DNA of 64,000 nucleotides, taken from assembly GCF_037042905.1 (NCBI RefSeq), contig NC_087251.1, positions 43,898,001 through 43,962,000 on the forward strand, read 5' to 3'. The stretch is from Lytechinus pictus. Taxonomy: Eukaryota. Below the pieces are notes generated by a model, which worked only from the letters and a program-made list of their open reading frames with translations, ran no database searches and was not told where the DNA came from. The position numbers were made by a program, and so were the translations under genes. How positions within the stretch are numbered: the stretch's first letter is position 1; each line of letters opens with the position of its first letter. This document shows positions 37,001 through 51,245 of the stretch, piece by piece.

Positions 37001-40000
37001 GACAGAGTAGTTTAAAAATGCTAATTCGATCGTTTTATTCATACATGTTTATTTCCTATGCACTAGCGTACCTACGGGGGGGGGGGGCAGAGGGGGCAGT
37101 CTGCCCCCCTGACGAGTCCCAACCCATGCAAAAGACGTATCCATGCCCCGGCCCCCCCCCCCCCCCCGACGAGCTTGAAGACATTTTTTGCCCCCCCCCC
37201 CCCTGACGAGCTTGAAGACTTTTTTTTGCTTGTCAATTTTTTTGGCCGACGGTTTGCCCCCCCCCCCCCCCCCCCGTGGAAAATCCTAGGTACGCTACTG
37301 TTTCTATGATTTTGGATATAGATATTCCTACAAAATTAGTATTACCATGTTAACGGCAAATTAAATATAAGACCTATTTATGAATATCGCCACAGGTAGA
37401 TTAATGTTCAGCACCAATTAATTCACGGAAATAGCAAGAAGATCGAACTCTACAAAAGTAAACATAATCCTATATACTATCATGACGAGTATCGCACTGA
37501 TTAATATTAGTATGTGCAATATAGATGTAATATTGTGCGCTGTTTGTATTTTATCAGAAATGCGCATCCGATAAATGTACATTGTTATCTTTCGCATATA
37601 TAACATAAAATGATATATCTTGCATCTTATTTCAACATTTGTTTTCACTATATGTGCCATGACAACAATTATTATGTATTTATTCGGTTAGCGCTAAAAT
37701 TGACGAAATTGAGATGCGGAACATAAACATTATACTATTGATAGTTTTCACAAACTATTATTTTTTAGTAAATCACGATTTTATATTTCATATTGCCATA
37801 TATGTGTGTGTAATATTCCAAATTGAAATGCATATTTACTAGACTTATAATTTAAAACTCTGAATAAAAATAATTCCATATCAAAGATAATAAAAAATAT
37901 GATGATAATCCGTCAAAATATAAAAATGCGTGATTTTCGACATTCTTTCAGATTTCACGCAAAAAATGATACTTTCACGCAAAAGTGCACTTGGCATCCG
38001 CCCGTACGTTATTCCTCAGTATTTCCGCAAGAATTTGAGCTGGGATGCAAAGAATTGACAAATTGTGCTATTCAATTAAAAACTCGCTTTAGTATGTACT
38101 TATACATGTAATTAAAAACTCGCTTTAAGTGTGTACTTTTACATGTAATTATGTACATAATGTACGGTATTTTCAATTTTTCTTTCAAAATGCGCGCCTG
38201 GTAAAATGCACATTGTCTCCTTTCGGATAACATAAAATGAGATATATTCCATCTTACTTGAAAATTCTTTTAATTTTTGTGGCATTAGGACATTTACTAT
38301 ACATTCGATTGAGAAACGCTTTTAAATCGAAGAATTTAAGTTGCGTAAAAAACTTTAAACTATTGATAGTTTTCACAAACTTTTATTTTGAGGAAATCGC
38401 GGTTTTATGTTTCCCTGTGCCATATGTGTGTGTGTAATATTCAAATTTGAAATGCATATTTATGAGACTTATAATTTGAAACTCTGAATAAAAATAATTG
38501 CATATCAAAGATGATCAAAAATATTAAAATAATCCGTCAAAATATCAAAATGCGTGATTTTCGACATTCTTTCAGATTTTACGCTAAAAATGACAGTTTC
38601 ACGCAAAATTGCGCTTGGCATCCGGCCGTACGCTATTCCTGGGTATTTTTGCAAGACTATTAGCTGGGATGCCAAGCATTAGCAAGCATTAACAAATTTT
38701 GCCGTCCAAAGTATAAAAAATCGTTTTGGCCGGTCTACTATGTATAGAAATTATCTGAAAGCTGAATTTCGATATTGATCTACTAGGGAAATTGATGAAA
38801 ATAAAACAATAACACAAGTTCTTTCTCCCATCTTAGGCCGGAGGGGAAGGGGACCAACCGCAGCAACAGCAGCAACAGCCCAACATGTGGCAGATGGTCA
38901 AGGGTATGGCCTTCCGTATGTTTGTCATCTATATGATCATGAGCTTCTTCAGGGGTAGATCCAGCACGCCATCGGACACACCAGCTGATGAACCAGGCAA
39001 AGTGGCCATGAGGCCGGGCACCAATCTCTTTGCCACTGGAACTCTCATGGTATGGTTGCCTTCCTGGGCTCAATCTTACAAATAGTTGTTATCGATCCAA
39101 TCAACCACAATTTGGGAAAGCCAGCAATGTCATTTTTTTTCTTCTAGATTTCATACATTCATTGTTCTATTGACAGTATGCTCCTCTTGTTTACAAAAGG
39201 ACATTGGAAATATTTTCCATGGGAAAATTATATAACATTGATCGATTTCCATGTACCCAGTTGTTGAGGCTGAACTGATCATTTACAACTCTTTGTAAGA
39301 TGGGTTTCTGTTGTAACTCACTGCCCACTCCCCCATTATCGTTTTATCTCTCCCTCTCTTTCTCCTTTACATCCCCCTCCCATCTCTTCTTATTTCTCTT
39401 TCTAAGCATGTCATCCATGTAAATCATATTCAGAGACCTGGGGCGGTATTCTGAAAACGTTCTTATCTTTTTCTTATCTTTCTTGCTTTACATCCTATGC
39501 TGAGCGCGTAAATTTTTACTCGCGCATATAATACCAAAGCACACTAAAAGATAACAATGTAGAGTGGTATTCTGAAAACGTTCTTATCTTTCACGATATT
39601 TAAGATAATATTTACAATAGCTAGAGGGTTATCACATCTCATGATGGCCGCGTTCTTCTTTGCTAAAAAAATGACGGCCACCAATATATAACGAATATTC
39701 CTTCCACCCTTTCTTTCATTCACCCTTTATTTTGTCCGTCTCTTTTTCTATCCTTTTTTTTCTTTATTTTTCTTTCTTTCCTTCTTTTTTGTGTTTCTAA
39801 TTCCTTTCTGTCTGTCTTTCTTTCTTTCTTTCATTCTCCTTTTATTAATTGTTTTATTCTTTTCATTTCTTCCTTATTTTTATTTCTTTCATTTATTCTT
39901 CATCTTTCTTCCCTTGTTATTTTCCCTTTTCATTCTTTTTCTTTCTTTCTTTCATTTCTTCCTTATATTTATTTTGCTTTCTTTCATTTATTCTTCATCT

Positions 40001-43000
40001 TTCTTCCCTTTTAATATTCCCTTCTCGTTCTTTATCTTTCTTTCTTTAATAATAATGATAATAATATTGTGACTTCTAAAGCACCAAATCCACTTTGTAG
40101 AGTGCTCAAGGCATATAAGGAGCCAAGAGTTAAATAAAAGAGTTTTGAGAAGATTTTTAAGTCTTGACAGAGGTACATTTTTTATGTCATCAGCAGAAGG
40201 CTTTTCCACAAATGTCCGTTTGCCTGATGTATACCTTGTCACAAGTCCCACAGGGTATCCTGATCCTGTAGACAACGCCATCGAGTGTGCCGTGCAGTGT
40301 GGGGTCTTTGGGGCTCTTAACAAGTCTGCGAACATCACTGCCTATTTGTTAATTGGGTCATGAACTGTGAAGAATCTAGTATGCATTATAAAGGTTATTT
40401 TTAGGTATATTATCAGGGTTACACCTCTTGTTTTCCTACTCTGCTAACTGTATGCTCTTCCTAAATTTGTTTTCTCCATTCTACCTGATATTTTTTTCCC
40501 ATCAGGATCTAAGAGTATACATATCAGAAGAAGAGACTTTTACAGAGTTTAATAATTCTCAGTATTTATTCTGGGAGATTGAAGAATTAGAGTATGGCGA
40601 TTGGGAAGGTGGCCCCAGTGGCGATGGAACATTTGAACTGGATGCTAAAATTCAAGCGACAGAGGTAAGTACCAGTTTGATCATTTGTGGATGAGGAACA
40701 GTTGGAAAGTTTTTGATCAGGAACAGTATTGACTTGGGTATTTTTTCTATGGTTAAAAACTAGGGGACAAATTACATGGGGACTCGGGGCAATTTTGCAA
40801 ATGAAATGCTCAAAAGAGCTCTGGAAACTAAAAAAGGACCTTAGGAAAATCCCCATTCATTGTTATTAGAAATTCGAAGCAAAGGGAATGAATTTTTTTG
40901 TCTCAATGCCTGTTAGAAATGCCCCATACTAGTCGGTCCCGTCCAGCGCCGACCACAGTGACCAGAACACTGGACTGATATACGTCATGGCTAATAGTCA
41001 CAATAACTCATGAGCTGATGAGAAATTCTTAATTTGAAAGTTGTAGAAGTTACCTGTTCAGTAATATACTTTAGATATGGCAATGGCAGAGGCATAAGTT
41101 GCAATTGCACGCTATCAAGATTCAAGAATCCATCTAGACTTCTTTTTCAAAGATCTACAATGAATATGATAACAACTGTATACCTACTCACGGGAGCCAC
41201 TTCAGGGGCCTGTTGCAGAAAGAGTTGCATTTAAACGCAAGTCAAAATATCAAGCGCAAGTCCCGAATACAGGTGTTTCATTGGCTGAAAATCAAGTTGC
41301 GCAGGATTTTTTGAGTTGCGTTTGATCGCAACTCTTTCTGCAACGGGCCCCAGTTCTGAAAACTGGTCTCCCAGTTCCAGTGGATGCTGCAATTATTATT
41401 ACCTTGGCTTTAGCTCTGCTACCTAGTTGATTCTTCCTACCGGGTTCCCATTTACCTCACCTGGGTTGAGTGGCACATTATATGTGTAAATTTCTTGCTG
41501 AAGGCTAGGAAATGAACCCACAATCCCTCAGATTGACAGATGAGAGTCATAACCACTAGACCAAGATGCCCCCACACAAAAGTTTGTAAATACTCTTGTA
41601 TACAATTTGAAGAAATAGATTTGATGCTGGTTTCCTAACCCCACTGTTTGTGTGTTTTGTTGCAGAGCATGATGAACAATGCATCAATATACCTCCATGT
41701 ATTCTTCACAAAATCAGGGTATTCTCCAGACCCAAGGCAGAGGGGAAAGTATGCCAAGAAGTACACAGTGTCGATCTCAAAAAGTAGGTATATAGTCCAA
41801 ATAAATATATAACCCTATTTTCATTGAGATATGAGAGTGGGGGGCTGAATTAGCCGTGCAAGATCTTGGCCATTGACCGTATAATCACAATATGAATTGG
41901 CTTTTATGTTGCCTGTGATGTATTCTCAAAGTCTGAACCATTAAAGGAAACCAAAATACGAGGAGAGAATCCATCTTATCAGAAAGAATAAAGTGAGAGG
42001 AGCAATCTCAAACTTGTTTCATCATGTTTTGTTGTACTTTCTATGGGGATCCTCAAATTGGCAAACATGCTTCAAAATGGCTGATTTTGTAGACAATTCT
42101 CTATTTGTTTTGTACACAAATTTTGAGATTTTCCCCTTTAGTTTACATATTTCACATTATCTCCTTCTGACCTTGATATATGTGGTGTGAATTAGATTTT
42201 CCCAAGACATATGTTATGCTCAGAAGGAGACAAGATGCAGTTTGAAAGATGATGGGGAAAATTTGAAAAATTTTGTACAAAATAAATGGATAGTTGTCCA
42301 CGAAATCTGTGATTCTGAAGCATGGTGGCCAATATGAGGATCCCCATAGAAAGTACAACGAGACTTTAAACGTCCATTAACTTGCTTATTTCATACCAGA
42401 TTTTGATGAAACTTGTTTTGAATTGTTCCTCACATTTTACTCTTTCCATAAGATTGTTTCTCTGTTTTGGTTTCCTTTAAATTTTCACTTAACAATTTTC
42501 TTTTCTAAATTATGGCATTATGCAATTTTTTTACATAAAATCTTGTATTTATCACTCTTATGTCATTAAATATTGACTCGACTGGGCCAATACTTTCTCT
42601 AAAAATTATCTTTACATGTAGCAGTTTAAACAAAATTACTTTTTACAAGTACAAGTTTTTACTTTCAAAATAATTTTTTTGTGTATAGTTTTATTACAAT
42701 TTGTTATGTATTTCTCTGGTTTTTAATCCCTTTGTTACCAACATTACAACAATGAAGAGTAAAAAAACAAATTGATTTTATTTTGGTTTATTAAATTTAC
42801 ATTACTATCGACTATTACCTGTTTGTTAATTTATGAATGAATATTAAGTTATAGTTTTTGAGATCTCTGTCTGACACTTTTTTTTTTAAATCTTGACAGG
42901 AATTAATAAATTCAAGAAGAGGCGTTTCCAGAAGACTAAGAACTTATTGACAGGAGAGACGGAGGCTGATCCAGAAGTGATTAAGGTAGGGACCCAAGTT

Positions 43001-43788
43001 TTCTGTTTTGTAGATGAGTAGAGAGTTAGCAAGACCAGCCTTTTAGATTCTGGCAGAGATGTGAATGTATGTATTATTTGTGACATGCTGATGGGCCAAT
43101 CCAACGCCCACTTAGCTTGTTGTACGCGAGCGAATGGGAGACTGAGTGTCAAACATTCGTACCGTTGCACACACGACGTACCATCCAAAATGTACCGTCG
43201 CATGGCTTTAGGAGGTGACGTCACAATACGATTCAATCCATTGCGCTCAGTAAAAAATGAAGGTGAAATACGCATATAGCCTGCTGGCTAAATGTGCGAT
43301 GCTGCCCGAGGTCATGTGCGCTTGTGGGATTTGCTTTTCGCTTTCAATATTTTTGCTCCCTTTTCATAGATTACTGCTGGGAAAAGCTCTTGTTTTTTTT
43401 TCTTCATATTTTCGCTAAATTCTGAGGCGTTGTACAACACAAATTGCGAATATTCTCAATCGGCTAACGCCTTGTTGAATAGAGCATCTTTCTTTCACCT
43501 CATGCGAAATCTCGCACCATCGCACTCATGCCTCTTCGCTATTTGTATACCTTCAAAGCTGATGACGTCATGGAACCGGGCATGTTCTTGTGTACTGGGT
43601 TCATTGATGCGAACGACATGCTTGATGATCGCGAGTCGGAAACAACGTTGAACGTAACAAATCAAAGTTAGGTTCCTGAAAGCTCTGTGGCTGAGCTCAG
43701 ACCTGCCAACCAGTACGTTTTTGGCGTGTTTAGTACGTTTTTGCAACCAAAACACGGCAGTACGTTTTTTCTTTTAAAAATATGTTTT

Positions 43789-43833
<45 letters not shown>

Positions 43834-46800
43834 TTTACAAAATCGTAATTTATTGAGAAAAATCATCTCTATATGTCTCTATTTCATTAAACTTTCACAA
43901 ATATGGTTATTAAATCAATGTAATTTCAGGTAACTTGTTTTTTTTTCAATCATTTTGTTAAAACCAGGGTGAGATGTTTAAATGTTGTTTTTTTTCATCT
44001 GCAAGAGCATTTTAGCTTGTATGCAGCTTGAGCCCCGCGATGAGCGAGTGCGCCACGCATTTTGTTATGAAATACACTTTTTTGGGGAAAAATACAGGGT
44101 TTTTTTATGACAAAATACAATTTTTCATTCCCAGATGTTGGCAGGTCTGTGAGCTCCTATTCTCCCTTGTGATTGATATTTTTGTCAGTTAGAAGATGAA
44201 CTAGTTGTAGATGGAATAAGATTAGATCACATGGCATGAGACCAAATGGAAAGTTGACGAAGTGGTTGTTGATTGACAGGCAATTTACCACCATTAAGAT
44301 GGTCCAGTATGATTTTCTCATCAGTTCATTTCAATTCCAATTCTTTTCTCTTTCATTCTGATGTCTGTAGAGAGCAGAAGCGGAAGGGCCTATTGAAATT
44401 CTATCTCACTGGCATCCGAATTTGACAATCGCCCTTGTGCACGATCATTCGCCATGGAAACAAGGCAGCGTTCCTTCACCCCTGGACAAAAGTAAGTAAT
44501 TTTCTAGAGTGATTTGGTTAATAGACAGCGTGATAATTATTGGACCACGCCGTATGGGGGCTTAGTAGGAAAGTGGTCTGATAATCATTTCCCAAACTGT
44601 AAATAATTGTTCACAGATTTTCTTATATATATCACCATACTTTAAACCAACGCATCTTGGGTGCTGATTTCATGGTAATTTCTAAACGGAGAGTGGGGTG
44701 GGGGAGGCTTTATGTATGGCAAACAAAAGATAATTGGTGAACTGACATAGATACGTACCTGGCTTCTTGCATAATCCATTTAACATACTCTCGGAAGCCC
44801 CCCAGTTATTGTTGTAATGAGTTAGATCAGTTACAGGGATCTGTCAAACACTTCTACCTTCTATTATGGAGAAAGTTTTTACGTAATTGCATGCAGTAGG
44901 GTATCTAGGAGGCAAGGGGACATGTTGCTCTGGGCATGCAGTGTTTTCTAATATATTGTTTTCATGTGTCTTATTTCATCAGTGATAAAATTCCATCCTT
45001 CCGGTGACTATTATCCCATTGTATTCGTCAATGACTACTGGAATCTTAACAGCGAATACCAGCCAATCAATGAAACTACAGAGTGAGTATTCCCTTCAAA
45101 ATGATTATATTAGTATAATTAGTCTTGCATTAGTTGATTTCTCATATCTTTCCTAAGGTGAAAGTACTAACACAGGACCCATTGCTTTGGTAAATCAAGT
45201 CATTTAAGATTGGTAAGATTTGGTATTAATACAATCTCATGCATTACGATAAAAAAAAGTCTCAAAGTCCATCATGACCTTCACTAAATGAATCTCATTT
45301 TATTTTCCACATAGAGAATTGCCATTCCGACTGACGTATACCCCCATGGGTCTGTTCAAGCTCCAGTTCTACGCAGCACAAACCATGAGGAATCAATGGT
45401 CTCTACTTCTTGGAGAGGAACAAGGAAATGAAGATGAAGAAGAAGATGGTCTTAAGGTAACCAAAAAAAAAAACTTTTTTTCAGTCAAAGCTGCTAGTTT
45501 GTCTGAGATGTTAATCAGGGACGTCACTTCTCTGAATGAAGTCTGAATTCTGACTCTTTCATCATATTTTTGGGCCATAGAAAACATCTTTTTTACGTAA
45601 GAAACGGTTCATTCTATATGACTTTCAGACTTTTTAAATTCAAGCCTTAGTGACAACCCGGAATTCATTCACGATAGACATAAGTTCTGAGGGCGTTTCT
45701 TGAAAGGACTTGTCGGACATTTTATACGTCAAATCCTGTTTCGTACGGCACTTACCGTAGCAACACTGGTTCAGAGCCAATCCGAATCAAGGAAAGTTGT
45801 CTAATTTGACAACATTTTGGATAACAAATGTTGATGAAATGCTCTCCTGGACCCTCGTAACATGAAACTTGGCAATTGATCATGCGGTTGATTTCCATGA
45901 TCGATTGAATTGATTATTGTGATTGATCACTCGTAAAAATCTCATCTCGTAACAATGTTTCTGTTGACTGTTTTATTGACAGAGAGCCATCTTAGAAACC
46001 AACCCTTACCTGCTTGGCATGACATTTGTGGTATCCATTGTACATAGCATCTTTGAGTTCCTGGCATTCAAGAACGGTGAGTTCTTTAGTAATACCACAG
46101 TCACATCAGGGAAGCTGACTTCAAGGCAGTGGGTGATTTCAAGTTCAGTGTTGACCTATTGGTGTTGGTGTTAGGTCATTTTTTTTTACACGAGTATAAC
46201 ACCAAACATAAAATGAAGATGGTCCTGAAAAGTCACTCACTAGTTGTTGAGGTGTCAATAATGTAATCTGGATCAGTTTTACAAACTCAGGATAGATTTT
46301 GGAGTCAGGGGAAGCAATCCAAATTGTGCTTCCAACACCAACACCAATGCCAACACCAGACGTAAAATCACCTAGTGTTTCATGAAGAGTTTAGTGTGAT
46401 TTTTGTCTCGCCTGTTTAGCAGAGCGAGACTCTAAGCACCGCTTTTCCGACAGCAGCGGCGGCATCAACATTGAAATCTTAACCAAGGTTAATTTTTAGT
46501 AGGTGTTTTTGCTGAATTGCCATCATAACTTTGAAAGTCTATGAATCTAGTTCGTAGACATAAGAGCAATCAAGTATCATTGAACATCCTGCATGGCTTT
46601 CAGGTCACATGATCAAGGTCATGTAGGGTCTGCACATGCTCATATTTGACACTTTAACCAATACCATGTCTAGAGATGAAGACTAGGTGCCAAACTCTGT
46701 CTGCATGGGTAAAGCCAGCCACAGTGCATAATGAATCTAGTCTCACTACTTCAGACTCTGCATTATGCACTATGCACAGGGGTGTGAGAGTTCAGATTTT

Positions 46801-49800
46801 TATCTGATTTCAGATTTTTTTTTCAGCTTAATTTTAGCTTATTTTTGGCCTTCCTCTGTGCAAAAAGTATGGGAGCTCTTTCTATTTCAGACTTTTTCAA
46901 CACTTCAGCTTTTTTCAGATCTTTTTATTTGTGACCACTCACACCCCTGTATGCAAATTGCAAAAACCAAGGGTCTGTGCCTGGAGACTAGCCCATGGTT
47001 AAATCATAGATAGAATAAGACTATGGTTTAAGTTAAACCAAAGTTCAGAATACAAGCCCATGTCTAAGGCCCCACTTCCACAGAAGGGAGACCTTTGAAG
47101 GACCATTGAAAGCCAAAAAATTGGCAAGGTCTAACAGCAGTCTCCAAGATCACTGAAATTTGTTATCTCTGTGGAATGGTTCTGAAAGACCCAGCAAAGA
47201 ACTCTGAAATAATGATTGGTACATCTTGTATTCCTGGGCTTAGACTAGTCCTGTAGAGATCTGTCAATGGTCTTGCAGAAACCTTTTATGCAACAAGTGA
47301 TCTTTCAGAATTATTTCCATGGACTTCCTGGGGGGTGTTTCACAAAGATTTAAGCATGACTTAAGTCGCACTTAAATGCCGACGCGTACATGATATGCAA
47401 CGCGCGATCTTATTGATAGATACGCATTAGTGCGCGTCCTCATGACACGATCTGACCAATGCGGTCAAGCCTTTCATACCGTACGCAACACGGTATTTAA
47501 GTGCGACTCTAAGTCATACTTAAGTCTTTGTGAAACACCCCCCTGGTCCTTCAATGATCTTTCAATGATCTCTCACGAGTCTTTCAGTCATCTCCGAGAA
47601 GATCTTGAGAGACTGTTTAAAGATCATGGACAGACTATTAAGAACTTTGAAAGTTCATCAAGAGACTGCTGAAAGACCATTTTCCTGAAAAACTGTTTTA
47701 AACCGTTTCAAAAAGTTTTGGAGATCATGAAGACCACAAAGATAACTGAAAGATCAATCAGGAATTATGAAAGACCTCAGAGATCTTTGAAAGTTCACTG
47801 AAAGTTTCAAGATTAAGTAAGTTTCATGGTCTTATAGCGGTCTTTCAGAGGTCTTGCCTTCTGTGGAATGCAGGTTTTAGCAAAATTCTTCAAAATTGAC
47901 TACATGACAAGGACTTTTTTAAAACAGTAATTCAATTTAATTTTTTAATTTGGATAAAATTCCTTCAGTATGACCCCTCACAGATATCCAATTCTGAAAC
48001 AGCCACCTAGCAGGTTGATTAGGTAATCATAGATTTTCACTGTAATTCAATATGTTTTGAACTTTCCTGCTTCCATCATAGATATCCAATTCTGGAACAG
48101 CCGCAAATCTCTGGAGGGTCTGTCAGTCCGTTCAGTGTTCTTTGGTGTGTTCCAATCCCTTGTGGTGCTTCTCTACATCTTAGACAATGAGACTAACTTT
48201 GTAGTCAAGGTCAGTGTGTTCATCGGGCTCCTCATTGACTGCTGGAAGATCACCAAGGTCACCAATCTCCAGGTTAGTTCCTGCCATTGTTTAGATGGTG
48301 GCTTTACTTAACTCTTGATATGCCAGATGAATTGCAGCCCAGGCACCATGAGGAAAAGTGTGGGAAGTGAACAAAGTTCACTGTGTTTTAGCTGTTTCGT
48401 GTATATAAACCCTATTGCGACTGGGAGAGGGCTGACAAGCAGCTAGTCAGTTGGAGCAAATTTTTAAATTTTACACATAAATTAGCATAATTTATCAGTA
48501 ATGAGATTTTTCGAGGAATTTGATCTTGCAGTTTTGTACGTTATCCCATGGGTAACATGCGTGCCAACTTTTGTCGCGTGTTTGCGCAGTCGATGGCCGA
48601 GATGAGTTTGAGAGATCTTTATAAGGGTTAAAGCGTATGGGGAGAACTTATCGAAAAAATTAGTCGTTTCCCGAGTCATGTCCCGAGACTGGTGTCAGGT
48701 TCGAAATCCGGCGTAACAAGGGTCTAAGTAGGCTAGATTTCTAGTAGACCACATGTTCACTAGTACTTATAATGTATAATGCACCTAGGAGCCATCCCAC
48801 TTGTATATTAATGTGATATGTGTTTGATGTCTCATTCTATGTTTATATTTTCTTACCCAGTTTGACAGAGAGAGTTTAATCCTTGGATTCATACCAAAGC
48901 TGCAGTTTGCTGATAAAGACTCCTACACAGAATCAAGTACAAAGCAGTATGACAAAGTAAGCTCATTATATTTCTTTTAACCCGTTGACTACTGACATTT
49001 ATAGCACCCATAGGCTTCATTCAGGAACCACATTGTTCCAGTAGACAATGGGTTAATATGAGGAAGGAAAGGGAGGTTTAAAAAATATTTTGGACAAGTT
49101 TCCATTTGTACATTTGTCTACATATATGGTAAAACTTTGATATTTATAAATTGCAGAGGTACGCCATTGTCCGAATTTTTTTTTTTTTCTGAAATCATTT
49201 AGTCTAATTTCATTTGTGAATTACATATATATATATGAGCTCCAAATCAGTTGTATAGATCACATTTGAATCTGCACTCATACAGTACCTATATGATAGC
49301 AGCACATTTTTCTGATTATTTTCTCATGTCAATTGTAACTGCTTTTCAGACACTCTATGAAATCTTAAAAAAAATATTCATCATTAGGGTCCTGTTAATA
49401 ATTTCCCATCGACTAATATTATTAGTTAGTTGTTTTTGGTGCCACCTAACTCGGCAGTTGAGACAACCTGGCCCTGCCGAAAAATAAGGTGCTGAGTTGT
49501 CCAATATTATTTTGATGACAAATGTATTGAATTCCAATTTATTGCAATGTTTTCTACTATGATTTCAATTCATTTGTTGTATTTTGGTATCAGTCTTACC
49601 ACAGGGTTAGGGTGTGGGTTAGGTTTTACGACAGAAAAGTCTGCACCTAATTTTCGGTGGGGCTGAGTTGGCTGAGGAAAACGTAAAAGGGTAGACCTAA
49701 AACAACTTGGGAGGAGAACTGGAGAGAAATACCTACGGATGGAAGAGTTGGAATGAGGCCAGGGGTTGTGCTAGAGACCGCCAAAAATGGAAAGAAAGCG

Positions 49801-51211
49801 TGGAGGTCTTATGTGCCACAGGGCACGAATGAGGATAGTAGTAGTAGTGAGTTGTCTCAAGTGCCAAATTGACCTGGACCCGTTGTTTAAATGAAATGAA
49901 AGTGATGAAAATCCAAATTTTATTGTTCGAAATAGACATGAAATGAAATACTCCGAAAATTTGCTTTGCCCAATTGATCGTGGGCCCGGCAGCCGCATTG
50001 TTGAACGCCAAACAGGGTAGCAGCAACTCCCATCTTTTAACGTCTTTTGGTCTGATGCGGCCGGGGTTTGAACCCCCGACCTCCCGGTTGTGAGACTGAC
50101 GCTCTACTAACTAAGCCAACACACCGGTGTTATAGTTTTCTATAGTTCTGTGATTTCCTAATGCTTGGCAACATTCCGTTCCATGTCAATGATTGTATTC
50201 AGATACCTGTCTTGATTCTTGCCCTGTATGTACTTCCTTCCTACAAATTAATTATGACTTCATATTCCATGGTCCAGACCCTTGTTTCATAAAATCTTCA
50301 GAACATGGAAAAATGTTAGACTATAAAATCTTACATGATTATCCAGAGAATTTAATATGCAGATTTAACAGACTTGATTCCATGTGCCCATTTGAAAGGT
50401 GAAATTGGCGTATCCAGCAACCCCTTTGTAACATTTTTATCACCCCCCACCTTCTCTCCCTCACTTCATCTATCTAGTACTTTCCTGTCTTCCTGTTCTG
50501 CCCCTCTAACTCTTTGGCCCGTATTCTGAAGTCGGGTTTAACTTAAACTCAGGTTTAAAGTTGTAGTTAAAGTATGGATAGCCAATTGTTACATAAATCA
50601 CTAACAGTAGAGATATCATATATTTCAGCTCATTTGGCTCTCAAGTCATTCATAATTCTCTAGGGAAGAGCACAGTAAACATATGAAACATCAACCTTAA
50701 TAAAAATTTTGACACTTTTGGCTTCCCATAATTTTAGCAAAGAGTTAGACCATGGTCTAAGTTAAACCTGACTTCAGAATACGGGCCTATGTCTCTATCT
50801 CTGTATCTCTTCTACAGTAATTTGATTTCAGTAACCATTTGCCACTCTTTTCGATTTGTCTTCTAGATGGCTTTCAAATACCTGTCCTGGTTATTGTTTC
50901 CTCTACTGGCTTGTTTTGCCGTCTACTCTCTCTTTTATCAAGAGCATAGAGGCTGGTATTCATGGGTGCTCAGCATGCTCTATGGATTCTTACTTACATT
51001 TGGTAAGAGATGGTGGTGGTGGTGGTGGTCTTGGTGGTGGTGGTGGTGGTGATGGTGGTGATGATGATGATGATGATGATGATAATGATAGCGGTGGTGG
51101 TGGTGGTGGTGGTGGTGGTGGTGGTGGTGATGATAGCGGTGGTGGTGGTGGTGATGGTGGTTATGATGATGATGGTGATGATCATCATCATTATGGTGGT
51201 GATGGTGGTGG

Positions 51212-51245
<34 letters not shown>

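Noticed and set aside
39791..40072. Phe/Leu-rich, transmembrane-looking ORFs
   Set aside because: Low-complexity pyrimidine tract
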